Shown here piece after piece: positions 41,001 through 54,772 of a stretch of 64,000 nucleotides of DNA. The position numbers and the translations under genes are program-made. Location: assembly GCF_021028975.2 (NCBI RefSeq), contig NC_059426.1, positions 98,270,001 through 98,334,000 of the forward strand, read 5' to 3'. The notes under the pieces are model-generated. The model was given only the letters and a program-made list of their open reading frames with translations, made no database searches and was not told where the DNA came from. Position 1 is the first letter of the stretch. Each line of letters opens with the position of its first letter. The DNA comes from Sphaerodactylus townsendi. Taxonomy: Eukaryota.

Positions 41001-41507
41001 CTGGTAGAAGTACTGCCCGGCCTGCTGCATTGTTTTTTTCCTGACTTCTGTTTTTTGACTCTTGGTTTGCTGACTGCTGTGTTTCATCTCTGGCGTGGTC
41101 CTGTTCTCCATCAACAGACATTTAGGCTTGAAAAAAAGAATAAGCCTTTTTGATCAGTCTCAAATGGTAGAACTAGGGCAGGGAAGGTGTGGAGAGTGAG
41201 AAAACCCAAAGAGAGATCAATGCACACCGTCTCCACTTTCCCTGTGAAGCCACAGAAAACTTCATTTTCTCCATTTGAAAACCACAGGGATTCACTCATC
41301 TGCAGCATGGTGAGTTCAGGAGTGGGGAAAACATGTGTGCAATTGAGAAACTGATCTGAAAGTAATGTACACTCACTGTGGAGCAGACCACCAGTGTATA
41401 AATGGCCATAGAGGTAATATTGCAATGCCCCTACTGCCCACTTCACAATCAGGACTTCCTTCTCAACTGCTGTTTACTTCCTCTCAGCCTGCTGTAGCTT
41501 TCAGCTG

Positions 41508-41695
41508 ATCAGCAATCTTGGTTCTTCTGAGCTCTCTCAGTCCCACCTACCTCACAGGGTGTTTGTTGTGAGGGGGGAAGGGAAAGGAGTTTGTAAGCCC
41601 CTTTGAGTCTCCTTGTAGGAGAGGAAGGAGGGATATAAATCCAACTGTTCTTCTTCTTCTTCTTCTTCTTCTTCTTCTTCTTCTTCTTCTTCTTC
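41508..41695 (-). mobile_element. SINE 3' part with (TTC)n tail
   Basis: Same family sequence as 14693-14857, with a (TTC)n run at about 41648-41695. The strand call is tentative. Confidence 0.7.
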
Positions 41696-41750
41696 ACCCT
41701 GTGAAAAGAATGCTTTGAGGCCAGCCTGCAATGAAGGCATCTGCATGAAC

Positions 41751-42082
41751 CAGAGGCGTACCTGCAATAAATGGGGCCTGGGGCAAACCCCCCCTCCCCG
41801 TGCACTGTTTGTGCCCCCCCATTGGTGCAGGGAGACAGCAGCAGCCGGCACTGGGCCAAGAGCCTGCCACAAGCTCATCGAGGGGCTCCCCTCGGCAGGC
41901 TCCCATCCCCTCTGCCTCCATTGAAGGCTGTGCCTACCAGAGGGACATGCAGGCTCCTGGTCCTTGACCATGGCTTGATCACATGGGAGCGAAATTTTGT
42001 GGAGGCCCCCCCGCCAGTGCTCAAATGGGTGGCACCTGGGGACATGTGACCAGCACATTTCCCTCTGGCAGATACGCCCCTG
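41751..42082. mobile_element. Non-autonomous hAT element
   Basis: CAGAGGCGTACCTGC / GCAGATACGCCCCTG; degenerate 8-bp TSD GCATGAAC / ACTTGAAC. Confidence 0.7.
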
Positions 42083-44333
42083 ACTTGAACAATGGAGAAA
42101 AGGTGGGGTATATGTATTGCAATTATCAACAAAACAATAGGTGGATTCAAGAATGTGCTCATATGATGATCAATTTTTTCCAGCTTCCCTTTCCTCCAAG
42201 CAGCTATGTTTGACCCTAGAAATCTTGATTTCCAGGATTGTGGCATCTCCATAAAATAAAAATCCACACAGATAAGTAGATTGCAATGAGGAAAAGAAAG
42301 ACGAAATCGCCCTTCCCTTTTATTCTGACAGTGCAGCTCCCTTTCTCAGTACATTCAACCAATCCACATGGCTATTATTTCAAATGGGTTCCATGAGTCT
42401 GGGAATCCATTTCCTTGGATTCAGAAATGACTGCTTGGTGGTGGTAGAAATGCCATCAGATAGAAGCTGATTTAGGTGACCCCAAGGTTTCCTCAGCAAG
42501 AAACAGAAGTGGTTTGTCATTGCCTGCCTCTATACAGCAACCCTGGACTTTCTTGGTGGTCTTCCATCCAAGTATCAACCAGGCCCAACCCTGCTTAGCT
42601 TCTGAGATCTGATGAGATCAGACTAGCCTGGACCATCCAAGTCAGGTCAGACTGCTTGGAGGTATTGGAAATTCAGGAAGGTCCATGCTGATTAGTGCTT
42701 TCCACTGACGAATTGATGTATCCATTCCAAAAGTAAGTCCCAGTGAGTTCGATCGAATATAATAAGAATGAATAGAGTTGCAACCTTAAAGAAAGATACT
42801 ACAAAATTGGCATGGAGTAGCTGTATCTTAAGACACATCCCTTCCCAATCTATTGTGCTGGCCGATGTTTATTTTAAAAAATCACGTTAGCAAAGCTCCT
42901 GAATGACAACTCTCTCCAATCATGATGTACTGTTTAAACCCATTAGTTATTTACTGTTCATTACTTTCTGGGCATAAAAAAACTTTGTTATTTGAATCAG
43001 CTTGTTGCCTCTGTGCACAATTCCATTAAGAAGCTTTTATTTTCACCACATCGGTAATCTATAAGCTGGTCTCTGATGAATGAAAGTGAAATCTGTGTCT
43101 TGCATAAGTATCAGTAAATCATTTGAACTAGGGGAAAAATAGTAGGAAGCATAGCATGTATTAAAATACAAGTTATTCTCTTTGATTTCTTCCGTTTTTT
43201 ACTTGATATCAAACTCAAACGGTTCTTTTGTTCACTACATTATATTACAAGATTTATCATTTACTAGGAAACCTATTGAAGTACTTTGCAATATTCTGGC
43301 AAACATAAATCAATCTATATTCTTATACTTCAGCCATTGAAAGTCCCTGTTCTAGAAGTGGCAAATCACTTGGAAATCAAGAGGAACTGAGCAGATGGAG
43401 CTACAGAAACATAACCTTTTCATTTAAAAAAAAAGGGGGGGGGAGAAATAAAAATTAGCAACCACAAAAATGTCAGGTCAGACTCCTCTCTGACGTGAGT
43501 TAATGCTTCTAATATTCTGAGATTCAAAATGAGATCACGCATTTTCTGTGCAATTTGGAGTAAATTCAAATTAGAGGCGGTTTCACAATTCATAAGTCAG
43601 AACACATGTGAGTGGGCTATAAGAAACACCATCATACCCATGAGGGTGGTAAGCAAGACTGAACACTGAAAAAGATAAGCAAGAGCTTATATATTTAGAG
43701 TTGCAGCTCCCTGTAAGTGTGATCAGGCAAATACTTTCAGTGGAGTGAGGGTTCTCCAGAGCAATATATAAGAGCAGTTTCCCAAAGATGCAACAACAGA
43801 CTGTATTCAAGCAGGCTATAAATTTATGTTCTATGTTCATGGCTGTAATTTACATCCCAAGGCCACTTTTTAATTCATTAGTATCCCTAGAGTTCAGTAA
43901 GAGGTTCTCTTCCTGTATTGTTTGGAAGGAAACTGGGTGTATGAGCAGTTCTTGAATGTTGGGTCATACACTTGTTTTCTTCTACTTCAATTCATAGTTT
44001 CTATGAAAAATTAATAGATACAATGCAATTTTTTCTTGATTTTTATCATTTCAAAACAGGTACTTCAGCCAGTCACTCCATCTAACTGCTTTGGGGGAAA
44101 GGTGAGGCATAAATGAAATCAATAAATAAATAATAAATTCATATATGCTCTAGTCAGGTCACCTCTTCATCCATGACCAATATGAGATAACTGTCATCTT
44201 GTCACTCAGACAAGCATGAGAGTAAAAAGTGCCCATGCCTTTTTATTTTCAATTAATCCAGTGATCCTTACCATGGTTGTCAAGGAAGTATCTACAGTGC
44301 TGCACTCTAGTGCTTTCCTGAAATGTTCTAGCA

Positions 44334-44481
44334 CAGGGGTAGGGAACCTGCGGCTCTCCAGATGTTCAGGAACTACAATTCCCATCAGCCCCAGTCAACA
44401 TGGCCAATTGGCCATGCTGGCAGGGGCTGGTGGGAATTGTAGTTCCTGAACATCTGGAGAGCCGCAGGTTCCCTACCCCTG
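44334..44481. mobile_element. Palindromic hAT MITE
   Basis: Near-perfect palindrome; 8-bp TSD TTCTAGCA; related to 21971-22108. Confidence 0.93.
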
Positions 44482-44699
44482 TTCTAGCATAAATCATCTT
44501 GCTGAAAGCTATAGAAAGATGCACTAATGCCTACACACTTTTTTCTAGCTTTTCCTCAAGGACTAGAAAACTGGTTGTGGTGGGAAGGGATGCAGGGCAT
44601 GCTAAGTTCATGGACAATGGACTCCACCCAAACACAGGATTTGCATTCACCAATACTGCTGCTGCTGCTACAGGGAATGCAAATGTGAATCACTCCCTG

Positions 44700-45000
44700 G
44701 ACTGAAAAACCCCACCAGCAATACTATACTATCAACTACACCTTTGCATAGAAAGTTCCACCCAAACACTTACTGATTGGTTCCCCACCCTGGGACATGA
44801 CAATTTATACCCCACTAAAACATTCCCTTCTCACTGGGCACAGTGTATAACAGACTTCCCTCTGTGATACACCTCTAAAGATGCCAGCCACAGATGCAGG
44901 CGAAACGTTAGGAACAAGATCCACCAGACCACAACCACACAGCCCAGAAAACCCACCACAACCAGTTGAATTTGGCTGTGAAAGCCTTCGACAATACATT
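44700..45000 (+). mobile_element. Penelope-like element terminal fragment
   Basis: CT(A)AAGATGCC...GGCGAAACG hammerhead-type core, ending GAAAGCCTTCGACAATACA. Confidence 0.65.
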
Positions 45001-46978
45001 GAACAACAAGGACTAGAAACTTTTAAAAATGGAAATCCTCAAGATTTTAAATAAATGCATGCATTTCATATCTGTTCCTTTTTCCAGTGAACCAAAATGC
45101 ACATCTCAATAAATAATGTCCTTTTGTTAAAAAATGTCACACCCCTGGACTCTGGGGTCCACACAGGCCTCTCCCGGGGGTCCTGAGATACCTTTTTTCT
45201 GGCATCAGACATACAAAAGAGCTCTTTCCCAGCCTGTGCTAACTGGGTTCATCCTCAGCCATCTAGGCCCTTACCCCTTAGGTCCTATCCATGGTCCTTC
45301 CCCCTGGCTCATCCTTGAGAGCTTTTTTTAAACGACCCCTTTCAGCCCAACTAACTTTTCCTCCCTTTTTGCAGCTATGGATGGGGCTGGTACTCAGGCA
45401 GCCTTGTCTCTATGGCTGGCCTGGACCTTTCCTAGGCTGCTGGGGCCACTCAGGGTTTTCCCTTGCTGGCCAGGCCAGCCTGATGGTGGAGGAAGGCTGC
45501 TCACTTCTGCCCAGCTCTTCTCTCAGGCATGGTCTCCAGACAATAGAAATGAAAATAATATTGAATTGGGAGACCCAGAATTCATCTGTTGAATACACTT
45601 TAGAAATAAATTAGACTTATATGCTATAATTGCTTTTGACATTCACATTATACTTCTGCTACCAAATTACTGAACATTTTAAGCAGTGGCAATTGGGTAT
45701 CCTGTAGTTTAAGTGTAAGAAAAGACACATCAAAATGTTAGGGCGGAATGGGTGAGAGATAAATGAGCCATCATAGGCGTTTTTTTAAACACTTTAAATA
45801 TAGATATGTAAATAAATAGCTGCCTCATGCCCTATAAATATATGAACTAATATTTTAATTATATTTTGACTAACTTTGTACAAGCATGCAGTTCCCTCGC
45901 ATGAACATTCACTAGACAATATTTTTATTTATAGGTTGCCTCCAATTTAAATCTTATCTTCTCAATAATGGTGAATAGATTACACAGCACTCCAGAGCTG
46001 GAATTAGACAGTATTGTCGAGAGAGCAGCATTATAGCCTATTGATTTTCTTGATCCTAGGAGGTCACATAACCATGGAAACTGAAGATCCCACCCCTGCA
46101 GGCTACCTTTAACCAGTATTCACACAAGCAACACAACACTTGCAAAGCTTAGGAAAAAAAGCATCAGGCCAGCAGCAGCAAAAGGTCCTTAAGTTGTCCT
46201 TATGCAACAACATTCAGACAAATTTCGAGCTGTTACCTCAACTTGGTTCATAGATTCATGCCATAAAACAAGCCCTTCCATTCAGTTCAGTTCAGTTCAA
46301 TTCATTCTCATTTCTTTTAAAATTGGACCCATGCCACTCAAAGCTAAGCCCCAATCAAATTACATTTTTCTTCTAATAAGACAGAGAACCTGGAAGGTCC
46401 CCTTCTCCAAGGATACATTTTTCTTTCTAGAAAAGTGAAGCATCACTTTGCTATCACATTGGCACTCAATCAACAGTAGGCTGTTCAAAAAATGTTATTC
46501 ATATTTATGGAAAGGCAGAGTTCCAGAAACTGTGAAGGATCAGATTTGAATGGATCCTGAAATTTATTTTTTCACACACACCTTTATTAGGCATAGTACA
46601 ATTACAGTTACGATAATCAAATAGAGACCTATACAATAGCTCTAAAACTATTCAATATAAAATGTAATTGTATAAATAGTTAAATCTCATAAAATATCTA
46701 AATAGTTAAAATTTGATCTTATCTTAACAACTTCAACTAAAAAAGAGGCAATTCAGGTAGTTATTGCAGGAGAAATATCACTTAAAAGGAATCGCATAAT
46801 GTTTGCATTCGGTGATAAGTTGCTTGATTTAAAAAGGCAAGAGAGGTGTACTCTATGAGCATTAGTATGAAAATGGCAATCCAGTAAGATATGTTGGATT
46901 GCATCATGTGACTCGATAGAACATGGGCAATACCGCACTGCAGCTGGAATTCCTTGGTATCTTCCTAATAGATCTTTA

Positions 46979-47464
46979 GGCCGTTTCCATGCGGCCCGTG
47001 CCCGTGACCTGAGAGCTTAAAACGCGAGCCCCCAGGCCGCCATTACACCTGCTGCAACGCAGCAGCAGCGGCGACCTGACTCCAGCTTCCCTCCCCAGGG
47101 CTGCCTCAGGCCGCTTCTAAACAACAACCCTTTAAAGGGTTGTTGTTGAAGCGCCTTCCGATGACGCGGTCGCGAACCACGCCTCGAGAGGCGCTGTCTC
47201 CTTCAGCCCACTCCACGATGTCGCAAATTAGGTCTGCGTGCAGCCGCCCACTGTCCTCCCACCTCCAGGGGTCGGAGGGCAGCGCAGTGAAGACTTCGAT
47301 ACCAACGCAGGCTAACAGTGATGAAGCGCAAAGAAGAGGCGGCTCGCGCGGAGCCACCTGCCGTCTGTCGTACTCTGTTAGCCCGTTCGCGTAACGCGAG
47401 CGGGCTGCACGCCAGAACTCTTGGCTGAGCGATGAGGCGAAATGGAGACGTCGCGGAAACGGCC
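46979..47464. mobile_element. CpG-rich Harbinger-type MITE inserted in LINE ORF2
   Basis: TIRs GGCCGTTTCC / GGAAACGGCC; TSD TTA / TCA. Removing it restores FNTLHSKDLLGRYQGIPAAVRYCPC. Confidence 0.9.
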
Positions 47465-48188
47465 TCAGAATGAAGGGTATTAAATCCGGCAAGCATAAAC
47501 GCTCTGTGGTGCAAAGGGTTGTCTAAGTTATGGACATATTGTGCCATTGTTCCATGTTGAGTGATCAGTTTCAATGATTCAGGAGAACATATGGGGGGTT
47601 GTAAGGGAAAGGTTCTTTGGAGTTTCAGATCTAACATTCTTTGTTTTAGTAGTTTGAAAATGAAATCTTCACTAAATGGTTTAAAAAAATCAATAGAATA
47701 ACCAATAGATTGTATCTTTTGCTCCACATTTGAAAACCAAGAAATACTAAGAGGATCATTTTTAAAATAAAATAAAAGAGAATTGGAGTTTGTCCTGAAA
47801 TTAAGTTTTAACCAGTACCTAAGTGAGGTTAACCAAGCCTGGGTTTCCACAAAGAGTTGTCCCAGCTCTGCATAAATAATTATATCAGGGGCACACTTTG
47901 GTACACTCAAAACTGTTCTTAGAAAGGTGGTCTGAACCCTCTCAATATTGTTGTCAAATTCTTGTATCCATACTGGAATTCCATATAATAATGAAGATAG
48001 ACTTTTTGCTTTGAAAATCTTTATAGCAGCAGGGGCCATTTGGTTACCTTTTGCATAAAAGAATTTCATAATTGGAGTAGTGGAACATCTTGCAGATCTA
48101 GCTATTCTGATTTTATGTTTGGTCCAATGTTGGTTATGTTGAAATGTGATACCAAGATAATTAAATTATTTTACTTGGATCAAAGAAT

Positions 48189-49114
48189 TGTGGAGATGGG
48201 CCAGAATGTATAAAATTTGTATTTAATCATGGAGGATTAATTCACATGAACCAAAGATTTAAAGAATCAAAATGGAAGCTTCTGTATACAGACCAGCAGG
48301 CCTGCATGTTACTAGCTTCTCAGTGAAAATGCAGGCAACTACAGATAACATCTTTAGAATCTTGTAACTACAGGTTACTATATGACAGAAGCCATATAAA
48401 TTTTATTACCTTGTTTTTGTGGGTTAGGACCAGCAATAGGGGATAGCTAAATCAATGTGATTAATTAAATAAGGAAAAAGTGTTTTTCTATTTATGTTGA
48501 ATGAACACAGAAATGAAAGATTCACATATATTAGTATTTGATCATAATTCTATTGTCTTAGAATCGAAGGCATAATTGTTGTTAGAATCAATATTTGTTA
48601 ACAGGTAAAATCATTGTATTAGAATTGAAGGAAGTTTTATGATCCTAAAAGTATGTTAAGCCTGCATTGCCTAAAGGTATAGCTCTCTCTGGGAGCAAAC
48701 CAAGAATAACAAGTTATTCTTGAAGACAACAAGCTACCTTTATTGCTGCCCTTTGTATATGCACAGAGAGAGAGCACGCACTAACAGCATGTAGCGTTTG
48801 ACGTAGAATAAGAGGATGTCTTACTGTGAACCAGGAGACAGATTCTCTCCAATGGGGTTTGAACACACATGGTAGCACGTGAAAGAGGTATGGACTATGA
48901 TGATTGTGTGGCCGCTTGTATTTTTGAAATATATAAAATTGGTCCCTTTGTAACAAAGGTGTGCCTCTTATCCTTAAGGGGACACCCTGGTCAGATACTT
49001 ATGCTGTCCAGTAAACTTATCTTTTGTTTCAAAACTGCTTCTTGGGTGTCTTTCTAACTTAGTCTTAAAACTAATTCAGCTGTGTAGGACCAGAGACGCA
49101 GTTCTGGCCCCACA
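48189..49114 (+). mobile_element. Solo LTR (ERV1- or Gypsy-like) inserted in the LINE
   Basis: TGTGG..GGCCAGAA / TTCTGGCCCCACA; 4-bp TSD GAAT; TATAAAA at about 48932 and AGTAAA at about 49010. The LINE frame continues across it. Confidence 0.9.
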
Positions 49115-52100
49115 GAATTACTGTCTAATAGCCATTTTTGAGGATTCCATCCTTTGGAGAATACAAGAATGTTTGATTAGGCATAATTGATGGTAAGATG
49201 GTTTTCCTTACAGTAATTTAGGAAGGCACGTAGGTATCTTCATAGGCCAATTTTGGTAAATAAAAGGATGGTAGTATCATCCGCATATAATAAAAGTGGA
49301 ATATCCTGTATACTTAGTTTAGGGGGGTGGCCATTAATCATTTTGAGGCTAAGGGCTAAATCATTTAAAAATAAATTTAAAAGGTGAGGGGCCAGAATAC
49401 AGCCTTGCCTTACCCCATTTGTGATTGGGAACTTAAATGATAATTCTCTATTTGAGTACTTTATTGGGCCAAAATTACCCGTATGTATTTTCTTTATAAG
49501 AAGTAACAACCGAGGGTCCATTTTCATTTATTTGAGTTTGCCCCAGAGCCTTTCCCTTTGAATTGAATCAAATGTACTTTTTAGGTCCATGAATGCAACG
49601 TAAAGTTTTTTAGTGCCTCGATTCATATATTTGTTTGCTAAAAAATCAAGAAGAAAGCAATGATCTATAGTAGACTTGCCTTCAATAAACCCTATCTGTT
49701 CTTGACCGATGATATTATTTGTTTGAATACAGTCCTTAAGGAGACGTTCTAGATGTTTACAATAAAGTTTACTAATAATTGACAGTAGACTGACTGGTCG
49801 ATAATTTTCTGGCAAATTTTTAAAATATTGGTATGATAATGGAGTTCAACCATGAGTCAGGAACAATTCCATATCGATCTGTGAGAGTGAAAATATTGGC
49901 CAAAGGACAAGACCACCAGTGGGGATCTTGCTTCAGTAATTCAGCTGGCACCAGGAGCTTTCAATTGAAAGCTTTCCAGCTTTCAATTCTGATATTAATT
50001 TTTCAACTTCTTCAGCTTCAACAGGTGGCCAGATGGGGAGATAATTTAGAATGTATTCATTGGCTGATGCTAGTGCTTCATTCGTAACATTGAAAATGGC
50101 ACAATAGCGATTAACCCGTATTTGTGGAACAATTTTTGGCATATCAATTAGTTCTATAGGATTTAGTTTGGAAGAAACAATTTGCCAGAATAATTTCTCA
50201 TTGTTTGACTTTAGGGAGTTGGTTAATTGGGCCCAGTTATTTTGGATTTTTTTCTCCTTTTTTGACTAACCATGTCTTAGAAAGAGATATACTTTCTCTG
50301 ATCTGACATACTTTATTAGATTTAATAAGCAGTTGTACTTCTTTCTCCATTTGATCTGACCAATTGATTTTTGAAGCATATTTGATTCTTTACATGAATA
50401 TTGATTAAAGATGGAATCCTGAGAATGATTTAAGTATTGAATATGAGCTTCAATGGGAAAATGATCACTTTTGTTCATCTACCAATGGTAAAATGATCTA
50501 TCAGCTTGAAAACATTTGTGGAACGAATACTATAATCAATCACACCACACCCCCTAGCAAAGGCAAACGTAAATTCTTTAGAAGCAGGAAATTTCTCAGC
50601 ACCATTTAAAATTAGTAAGTTGTTAGCAATGCAGAATTCAATTAATTTGATGCTGGCCTTATTGATTTTACCATCTTTAGAGTCTCTAAAATGTGATAAA
50701 ACTAAAGGAAGGTGCTCATCATTCTCATAGCCTAATTGTGAGGCCAGGACAGCATTGTGAGGGCAGGACCAATTCTGGCATTTAAATCACTTAAAATGAG
50801 ACACTGAATTGGAAAAAACTTTTTTTGAAATCTCATTAAAAATTCAGAAAATGTATCCCATTGAGACAACATGGTAACATTGGATATGGCAGCAAAATAA
50901 ACATTAATTATAATCAGATTTATATCAAGCTCACATATAAGCACAGCCATTGCTACTGTATCTACCGGTAATTGATCAGTTAGCTCCACAGAAATATTAG
51001 GTTTATACAAAAAGACAAGGCGGCCACTAAATCTGCCTCTGAGTTCTTTTGGGCTGGAAGATTGAAAGCAGTAAACCCATTCAGCCGAATGTTTGTTGGA
51101 GACCATGTTTCTTGCAACAAAGTGATATCAAATGATTTTAAGTAACCAATAAAATCCAGGTCAAGATACTTGTTCTTCCAACTGGCAATATTCCAGGATA
51201 GGATTGCAAGTTTTGAAGTGGAGGTATATATGGCCAACTCCATCGTCAATCTGCATTTGTTATTTGTTCAAGAGAATTATGTATGTCTTTAAACATGCAT
51301 CCACTCACTTGTAATGGTTCAAATGTATATTCCTGGGGATAAAAATATTAGATGTTGTAGATCTGAGTATGTCAGTGCTTTGGGATGTTTCCATGGTCAT
51401 TCCCGTGCTGACATTGCTATGGAGTAATTCAGCTGACGCCAAATCTTGGAGCTCCTGGGCCCAGGATTTGCTTCCTTCAACCTCATAAATATCAGCATTA
51501 AATACTTTGCTGGATCATAAATCTATCTAATAGTCAATTGATTGAGAATTTTCAGGTGTAGTTGCCCTGGGGTCTGTTGATTTTATAGGATTGTCAAAAT
51601 TGATAAGTAAACAGTCACTAACAGATGAGATGTTTAATACTTCTTTCGTGGTTACAATGGCTTCATTGTTAGAAGGGTTCCGAACAGAAAAGACTGTTCT
51701 AAGATCTTCAGCTGTCCTCTCTCTTTTATCTATAGATCTATCTGATAATGCTCCAATTCTAAGAAGACAGAGAACCTGAAGGATACATTTTTCTTTCAAG
51801 AAAAGTGAAGCATCACTTTGCTATCACACTGGAACTCAATCAACAGTAGACTGTTCAAAAAATGTTATTTGTATTTATGGGAAGGCAGAGTTCCAGAAAC
51901 TGTGAGGGATCAGATTTGAATGGATCCTGAAATTTATTGCTCATCATAAACTGATTTGGTTTTTAACCTTTAACCCTAAAAGTGGGGATTTGTTTCTCTC
52001 CAGCACTAGTGGTTCAGTCTTTGAACTGCATTTGTAGAACACGAAGAAATCCTCATAGTATATATTTTGGAAGATGAGATTATTTTTTTCTGAGATAGCT

Positions 52101-53782
52101 GAATGTACATGTATTTTTGTTTTTGTATGATAAGAACTTCAAGTCATGTCATAAACTTGGCAGTCAAGGGGGGTGGGATTGTTTTGTTTTGCTGAAGGAA
52201 GAGATGCAGAAAAACCAGCACTTGCCACATGCATGAAATGAAGACATGTGTCAAGCACACAATGTGTCAAGTGCACAAGCCAAAGTCAGGTTGGGAGACA
52301 GCAGGCAAAAACACAAGTTTCTCCTCCTTCAACTACTACAACTGATTATCCAGCTACATTATTCTTGTCATGAAGAGAAACACATTGCTGATAGAAAGCC
52401 AGACAACCAAGGACAACTGAAATGAGGTAGGGATTAGCATCATGCACTTATTTTCCTTCTGTAGGGCTACATGGGTCTGGACTGGCACCAGTTCCAGAGA
52501 TGCTGGAGAGAACAAGTGTTTAACAATCTCTACGAGTAGTGCCTGAGGGGCAGACTCATATTCTTCATCTAGTCCATAAAAATGTTATGCTGAGTAAAGT
52601 TTTGTTAGTCTTTAAAGTGCCACACAAGACTCTTGTAAACAGTCTTTAAAGACTAACAAAACCTCTGCAAAGTCGGGTTCATTTTGCCCAGTGAATACTT
52701 CATTCCTTTATGTCTTACGCTTTATGCCTTAACATGCAATGCAATATATTTCAACAACCAGAAATGTAATTCCAGTGTAATACAGGAGAGCAAAACTTGA
52801 CTGTAGGCACAATACCAATAGTAAATAGCCATTTGAATTTTTTTACAGCAGAGAAACTGCCTGCTCTTGTTTTCCTCCTGAATCACAGATAATACAACAG
52901 TAGTTTAATTTACAAATTAGCTCTGAGATAGCCAACTTCAAAATAAACGACTGTACAGACATTAGCATGTCTTCAGAACATTATATGCAAAGCCCACGCC
53001 TTGATCCAAATTTAGCAAGGCTGCCAAAGGCCAGGGGTGGATATAGTCCATAGCAGCTGGCCACCCCTCCTTGATTCAAAATGATCAGCATAAACTTACG
53101 AGAGTACACAATTACTATGAAAGACAAATACAAAATGTTAAGCACAAAAAACAAGATTAAATATATATATAGTAGAAATGTCAACATGTTATTACATTGT
53201 TGTTCTAAGAGCCAAACACCACATAATGTGGGAATTTTTTGACTGGAACTTCAGACAAATTACTTGTCTAAGGGAAGCCTAATTCAAATCAGGGCCACAT
53301 CACTGAGAGTGACTGCCTTCTGATGGCATCTCCTTGATCAAAAGTCCTCTGCAGATTGTTTTTATCTCTGTAGTAGGGCAAACTCTGTACAGTTCCTTAT
53401 AGAAGTCTTGGGTGCTGTCTCCAATCAGGAAAATGGTGCAATTGACTCACTCTGTGAAACTGACTTTCAATCCCAGTGAAAAAGGTAGACTATAAATAAT
53501 GTAAATCAATAAATGGTCAGTACTCTACCCTGCCTTCCTCAGTGTGCAGACCTTTGACTTCTCTTAAAGTCAAGTAATAGGCCTGATGTTCCATGCATGG
53601 AACTTCTGTCTCATGTACTCTGGCTTGAGATATGAACATGAGTCAAGGATGTGATGCTGTAGTTTAAACAGTTGATACCATTTCAAGTTCTGTTAAAAGG
53701 AGCATAGTTCTGAAAGGCTAAGAAGTAACAGAAGTGTACTGTTCAGCACTGGGGGAAAACTCATTTTGAACACCATGTTTAG

Positions 53783-53875
53783 ATCTTGGCACCACAGGTC
53801 CAAAAGGATGTTGAGAAATGGAAAAGATTCCATGGAGAATTATATAATATAATTGGATATTCAAACCTAGAAAAA
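53783..53875 (+). CDS. Candidate internal coding exon (ILAPQVQKDVEKWKRFHGELYNIIGYSNLEK)
   Basis: TTTAG acceptor, GTAAGA donor, 93 nt, open in phase 0. Confidence 0.45.
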
Positions 53876-54721
53876 GTAAGAGTCTCCATTCTATCCAAAG
53901 GGGACGGGGTGAATCCACCCATGGGAGCAGAATGCCCTGATGGAGGGGCAAAATCACCAGCATGCAGCTGCAGCAGCCCTCCCAAGTGCTAGTTGGCTCC
54001 CTCCAGTTGCATTAAGCCAGCAGCCAGGACTTGATCCTTTCGACACCCTTTTGGGTAGTGTAAGTCTATTGGGCCCAATGTGGGCTTCTCGGCAGCCTTT
54101 TGAAGCCTTTCCATGCCACCAGGAAGCCTCTTTGGGAGTGGTACAGCCACAGTGCCACAGACGGCCACCTGGCTCCTCTCTTAGTAGACCAGGAGTTCAC
54201 CTCAGTGAGAGGAGGTAGTTTAATAATGTTCAAATACTAAAAAGGTTTTTAAACTGAAGAGGAAAAACACTGCTATCTATGAGGACAAGACTAGAAGCAA
54301 ACACACACATACACAGCTATGTAGGGGTGAAATTCCATGCATCTGTTCTAAGCATCTGAACAATTCCCATGTGGGAGGGCAACCCTTTCTCACCACTAGG
54401 CAAGAGAAGTTCAAATCGGTCCGGGTTAGGCATTATGTGATTTTATTTACTTTGTTTCATTTATATTCTTCTTTCCAATAGGGAGCCTAAGTGGCTTAGA
54501 ACATTCCCCCTCCTCTATTGTGCCATCACAAAAACCTTGTGAGGTAGGTAGCTGTGAGTGTAACTGGCCCCAAGTTACCCAGCCAGATCCCTTGGCAGAG
54601 TGAGGATTTCAATCTGGGTGTCTGACATTTTAACCTGTATATGACAATGGCCCACAACATGCTATAGCCCTCTAAGAAAGTACAACCAGTACTAATTCTT
54701 TGTTTCCTCCCTCCCTCGTAG

Positions 54722-54772
54722 ACAACAACTCCAGTGTTTGAAGTTTCCTCCTTGGTGGGTTCTCAAGAAAAG
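54722..54772 (+). CDS. Candidate internal coding exon (TTTPVFEVSSLVGSQEK)
   Basis: Strong polypyrimidine tract plus TAG, AAG|GTAGGA donor, 51 nt, phase 0, in frame with the previous exon. Confidence 0.45.

Larger units (their letters stand above)
46569..51756 (-). mobile_element. Long RTE-X-like LINE (EN-RT-CCHC), decayed, with two nested insertions
   Basis: ILSWNI, LLQETW, DLNARIG, SDHFP, NYRPVSLL, EQIGF, GVRQGC, LLYADD and CCHC motifs in order; AATAAA plus (TG)n tail; flanked by ~190-bp direct repeats. Confidence 0.95.
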
